Shown: positions 61,401 to 64,000 of the stretch, in pieces
Layout of the letters: each line of letters opens with the position of its first letter
Position numbering within the stretch: the first letter of the stretch is position 1
Source of the DNA: Bacteroidales bacterium
GTDB lineage: Bacteria; Bacteroidota; Bacteroidia; Bacteroidales; JAQXIO01
DNA length: 64,000 nt
Direction of reading: 5' to 3'
Assembly (NCBI GenBank): GCA_029007825.1
Contig: JAQXIO010000027.1
Location: 16,434 to 80,433, forward strand
Notes under the pieces: model-generated
Databases searched by the model: none
What the model was told of the DNA's origin: nothing
The model's input: only the letters and a program-made list of their open reading frames with translations
Position numbers and translations under genes: made by a program

Positions 61401-63242
61401 AATAATAAGACGATTGATGCGAAAGGAAAGATTGGGATCGATCAACTCAAATATGATAAACAGCTTATCGGGGATATTGGGTTCGATTTACTTTATAAAT
61501 TGGAACAGGAGCAATTGCTGGATGCGAAATTATCGCTTAACGATACGACCGTTTTGACAGCGAAAGGGAGTTATCGTACGGAAGGAGACGATTCGCTGGC
61601 TGTGACCGTTGATATCCCGTCATTGCCTTTGATGATTGTCAATGCTTTCGTACCTGCTGAACTGGCACGGCTTTCAGGTTTTCTGAAAGGGAATATATCT
61701 GTTACCGGTAGCCCTCAGAAACTCCAGTTTAACGGAGGTTTGCGCTTAGCAGAAACAAGTGTGAGCGTTCCGATGATCGGGACGAGTTTCACATTTTCGG
61801 ATGATGAGATTGTTATAAAGGAGAGTAAGATGCAATTTGCGAATTATCCTATAATCTCACCAAATAAAAATTCTCTTTTGATCGACGGCTCTGTTGATAT
61901 CTCGGATTTTTCGAAAATAATGACCGATCTGAGCGCCGATGCTTCGGATTTCCAGTTAATTAATGTCAAGAGGAACCGGAATTCGATGGTATTCGGAAAA
62001 GCGAATCTGGATCTTCATGCTACCGTACGAGGACCTATTGACGAGCTGACAATTCGTGGAAATGCGCAGTTACTGAATGGTACGGAAATCGATTACGTAC
62101 TTCGTGATTCTCCGATGGAGGTAAAACAGGAGAAACAGAATATTGTAACATTTGTCTCTTTTAGCGATACGACTGATGTCGATGATGACGAGTTTATTCC
62201 TCAGGTAAAAATAGGAGGTATGAATGTTCTTGTCAATGTAGGAATCGACAGCGATGTAAAGATGGCCGTAAATCTTTCGGAAGACGGACAAAATCGGATA
62301 AATCTGCAAGGTGGGGGTAATCTTACTTATACGATGAACCAGCTCGGTGACAGCCGTTTTTCCGGGAAATATATCCTGACGGGAGGAACGGTGCGTTATA
62401 ACCCACCAATTATATCGGAAAAAATATTCCAGATAACGGAGGGTAGTTTCGTCGAATGGAATGGGGATATTGCCGATCCAACGCTTAATATAACGGCTGT
62501 AGAGACGGTTAAAACAAATGTGGCGATCGATGAACAGAACAGTCGCACTGTAAAATTCAACTTGAGCATCAATATTAAGAATACGCTCGAGAATCTTTCC
62601 ATAACGATGGATCTGGCAGCTCCTGAAGATATAACGATTCAGAATGAGCTTTCATCTTTGACCGAAGAAGAGAGGGCAACGCAGGCGATGAATTTACTTA
62701 TCTACAATACTTATACGGGGCCGGGTTCGAATAGCAAGATGAATGTTTCCAATCCGTTGAATGCGTTTCTTCAAAAAGAGTTGAATCAGTGGGCTCAGAA
62801 TAACCTAAAAAATGTAGACCTTAGTTTTGGTATTAATACATATAATGAGATGTCGGGTGGAACGGAGACGTCGCGGACGGATTATTCATATAAACTTTCG
62901 AAAAGTTTATTCGATAATCGTTTCCGTGTGATTGTGGGAGGACGGTTCAGCACGGATGCCGATCCTACGGAAAATCTGAAAGAAAATCTGATAGACGATA
63001 TTTCGCTGGAGTATGTAATCGGGAAGAGGGATAATATGTTTATAAAGTTATTCCGTCACACCGGATATGAAAGTATCCTCGAAGGAGAAGTGATTCAGAC
63101 AGGAGTTGGTTTTGTAGTGCGTAAGAAATTAAGGAAGTTGCGGTATCTTTTCCGTCTGACGAAGGGCAATACCAATACGCACAAAGAGAAGAAAAGTAAA
63201 GAGGTAGAGGTGGAAAAAGAGGTCAAAACACAGGAAGAATGA
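58473..63242 (+). CDS. tamB: Translocation and assembly module TamB
   Basis: About 1590 aa; N-terminal membrane anchor, beta-rich body and DUF490-like C-terminus; followed by an Omp85 gene. Confidence 0.85.
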   Translation: MIRKIIKYISRFFLFFLLVLLILPVLLYIPSVQNFIKKEAAAYVSKNFNITLSINRIRLSFPLDLAVDNTTATTFNGDTLFHCGTLKADVALLPLFRKEVVVNRFTFTETSLHYTDTLSQFDLKANVGSFALKADKVDLANEMVDLSFVELSDGKVALSMGESPADTTASDTVSVRWKINAKKLTLDNIDFVMDMYPPKSHISAKLQRGNVNSCLVDIGGQSVAVDEVVLDKGEYVYLSDTSKVVSKTGVSDTIIVSDSVMPWTVEVGKIELRNNAITYGALEGSAGQGLDINHIALSEVNLSVDSLFNRGSAVKVNINDLTFTERCGFQVEALSGCFEMDTSVIQLSDFVMKSPLSVFHADVKLGGGIMKMSPTAPVRMKLSANLDLSELLLLYPIEDKATRKVLKGRSLTLTGDVSGELDKVNIKKIQLSVPKSFNISVDGRLQSILHPELLNGVCRLNGRFGQMNDLLTLLPDSLLQKRVHIPDNLVLRSELKAVKGVLFPSLNLIADRGSLDLNGMYNQRLQQYELDLKSDSLPLYSFFPSDSLGLLTMSIQANGKGFDFYDEKTHATLSLFIDRLDYKGHEYEGISLSGGLSEHLLKGKIGSADEALQFGFDISGYLSSKASTVKVGGEIKNLDLTQMNLSKDKFIASLSLDVAASMKEDSSFTLNLAADSIKLLSGWLKNNINRTTLDISGGRESVELALRSGDMSLNFSSFVGLDSLMNGITKSSELISAQMEKGDINMEEVQLYLPPFSLDVEAAKNNIVNNFLKIQGVKFNNLSIESSSVKDRPFKIRMLINKLSSQGIILDTVLIGARQQEKQLDYFFRLANAAGNMDNMALMTLYGNVAENKLKLNCRQRDRNGRQGFNFGCNVTLLDSAVTLNLFPENPILGFDEWSVNKDNFFTYQFNRELYADIHLANKEQRVVVESAVMPDSVKGIVHLDIAGIDIDTTLSVFPLAPPVGGIFNMDLLFGLNNKTIDAKGKIGIDQLKYDKQLIGDIGFDLLYKLEQEQLLDAKLSLNDTTVLTAKGSYRTEGDDSLAVTVDIPSLPLMIVNAFVPAELARLSGFLKGNISVTGSPQKLQFNGGLRLAETSVSVPMIGTSFTFSDDEIVIKESKMQFANYPIISPNKNSLLIDGSVDISDFSKIMTDLSADASDFQLINVKRNRNSMVFGKANLDLHATVRGPIDELTIRGNAQLLNGTEIDYVLRDSPMEVKQEKQNIVTFVSFSDTTDVDDDEFIPQVKIGGMNVLVNVGIDSDVKMAVNLSEDGQNRINLQGGGNLTYTMNQLGDSRFSGKYILTGGTVRYNPPIISEKIFQITEGSFVEWNGDIADPTLNITAVETVKTNVAIDEQNSRTVKFNLSINIKNTLENLSITMDLAAPEDITIQNELSSLTEEERATQAMNLLIYNTYTGPGSNSKMNVSNPLNAFLQKELNQWAQNNLKNVDLSFGINTYNEMSGGTETSRTDYSYKLSKSLFDNRFRVIVGGRFSTDADPTENLKENLIDDISLEYVIGKRDNMFIKLFRHTGYESILEGEVIQTGVGFVVRKKLRKLRYLFRLTKGNTNTHKEKKSKEVEVEKEVKTQEE

Positions 63243-64000
63243 ACAGAAAAGTATTATATATTATATTATTGTTTGTCGTCCTTTTTGCCGGAGCAGGATG
63301 TTCCACGACCAAGCGGATTCCCGATGGTGAGGTGCTATATACAGGAGTGAAGAAAATGCGCATAGAGCCGATGATCGAGGGAGAGAAGATACCCGGTTAT
63401 GTTATGTCTGCAGTAAAAGAACCTCTTTCCGTAGCACCGAATAATCCGTTGTTCAGTCCTTACGTGCGTTCTCCATTTCCGTTCGGATTGTGGGTGTATA
63501 ATAAGTTTTATACTACACGGGAAAAGGGATTCAAGCATTGGATGTATAAAAAATTTGCTAAAGAACCGATTTTAATATCGAAAGTGCAGCCGGATTTGCG
63601 TCTGAAGGTTGTAGATGATATTCTTGCCAATTACGGTTATTTCAATGCTACGTCGCATTATGAGCTGCTTTATGATAAGCGGAACAAGAAAAAAGCACGT
63701 GTCTCTTACTGGGTAAATGTGCCTGAGCCTTATACCTATAGTAATATATCTTATCCTCCTGTCGTATGTCCTGTCACTGCGATAATAGACAGCCTTAAGT
63801 CAACTTCTTTGTTGAAAGTAGGAGCTCAGTATAATATCGATACCCTGACGTTGGAACGTAACCGGATTACATCCGTACTAAGAAATAAAGGTTATTATTT
63901 CTTCCAGCCCGAGTATATCGAATACCAGGCCGATACAACACAGCAAAGATTGAAGGTCGATTTGCGGATGGTGTTGAAGCAGGGTATCCCTCCTGTCGCA
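63239..64000 (+). CDS. tamL: Omp85-family lipoprotein TamL (BamA/TamA-like), truncated by the window end
   Basis: ATGA overlap with tamB; manual translation MNRKVLYIILLFVVLFAGAGCSTTKRIPDGEVLYTG... with a lipobox and POTRA-like NYGYF and LRNKGYYFF; frame open to the window end. Confidence 0.8.
   Translation, partial: MNRKVLYIILLFVVLFAGAGCSTTKRIPDGEVLYTGVKKMRIEPMIEGEKIPGYVMSAVKEPLSVAPNNPLFSPYVRSPFPFGLWVYNKFYTTREKGFKHWMYKKFAKEPILISKVQPDLRLKVVDDILANYGYFNATSHYELLYDKRNKKKARVSYWVNVPEPYTYSNISYPPVVCPVTAIIDSLKSTSLLKVGAQYNIDTLTLERNRITSVLRNKGYYFFQPEYIEYQADTTQQRLKVDLRMVLKQGIPPVA

Overview
A core-chromosome segment from a Bacteroidales bacterium. The assignment rests on Bacteroidetes TAnnTTTG promoters, a str operon without tuf, a spc operon without adk, a TamB-TamL pair and Bacteroides-like gene order. 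Gene order from left to right: three SurA/PpiD-type PPIase genes, an OstA/LptA-like gene, a small membrane protein, mutL, the str-S10-spc-alpha ribosomal supercluster (rpsL..rplQ), a DEAD-box helicase, eno, a DAACS symporter, rplS, a GH3/beta-lactamase-fold fusion, an LRR protein, plsC, an alpha/beta hydrolase, rpsF-rpsR-rplI, a small lipoprotein, an acyl-CoA synthetase, mtaB-lpxL-GT2, folB, a bactofilin, a GH77 glucanotransferase, nrdJ, a nitroreductase, dnaA, mlaD-amidase-mgsA, an ABC-F ATPase, an MFS transporter, tamB and a truncated tamL. I found no CRISPR array, tRNA/rRNA, mobile element or clearly new multi-gene system. The notable signals are small-scale. rplX carries an in-frame TGA at a conserved Gly, with other clustered G/T changes nearby. 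mtaB may start at ATA. DnaA boxes cluster at the nrdJ promoter. Structured r-protein leaders precede rpsG, rpsJ, rpsD and rplS. Strong SD motifs occur on only a few r-protein genes. Three small genes are missing from the ORF track (rpmD, rpmJ and a 56-aa membrane protein). The symporter looks Firmicutes-like. Homologue comparisons are from memory of the families, not from database searches.
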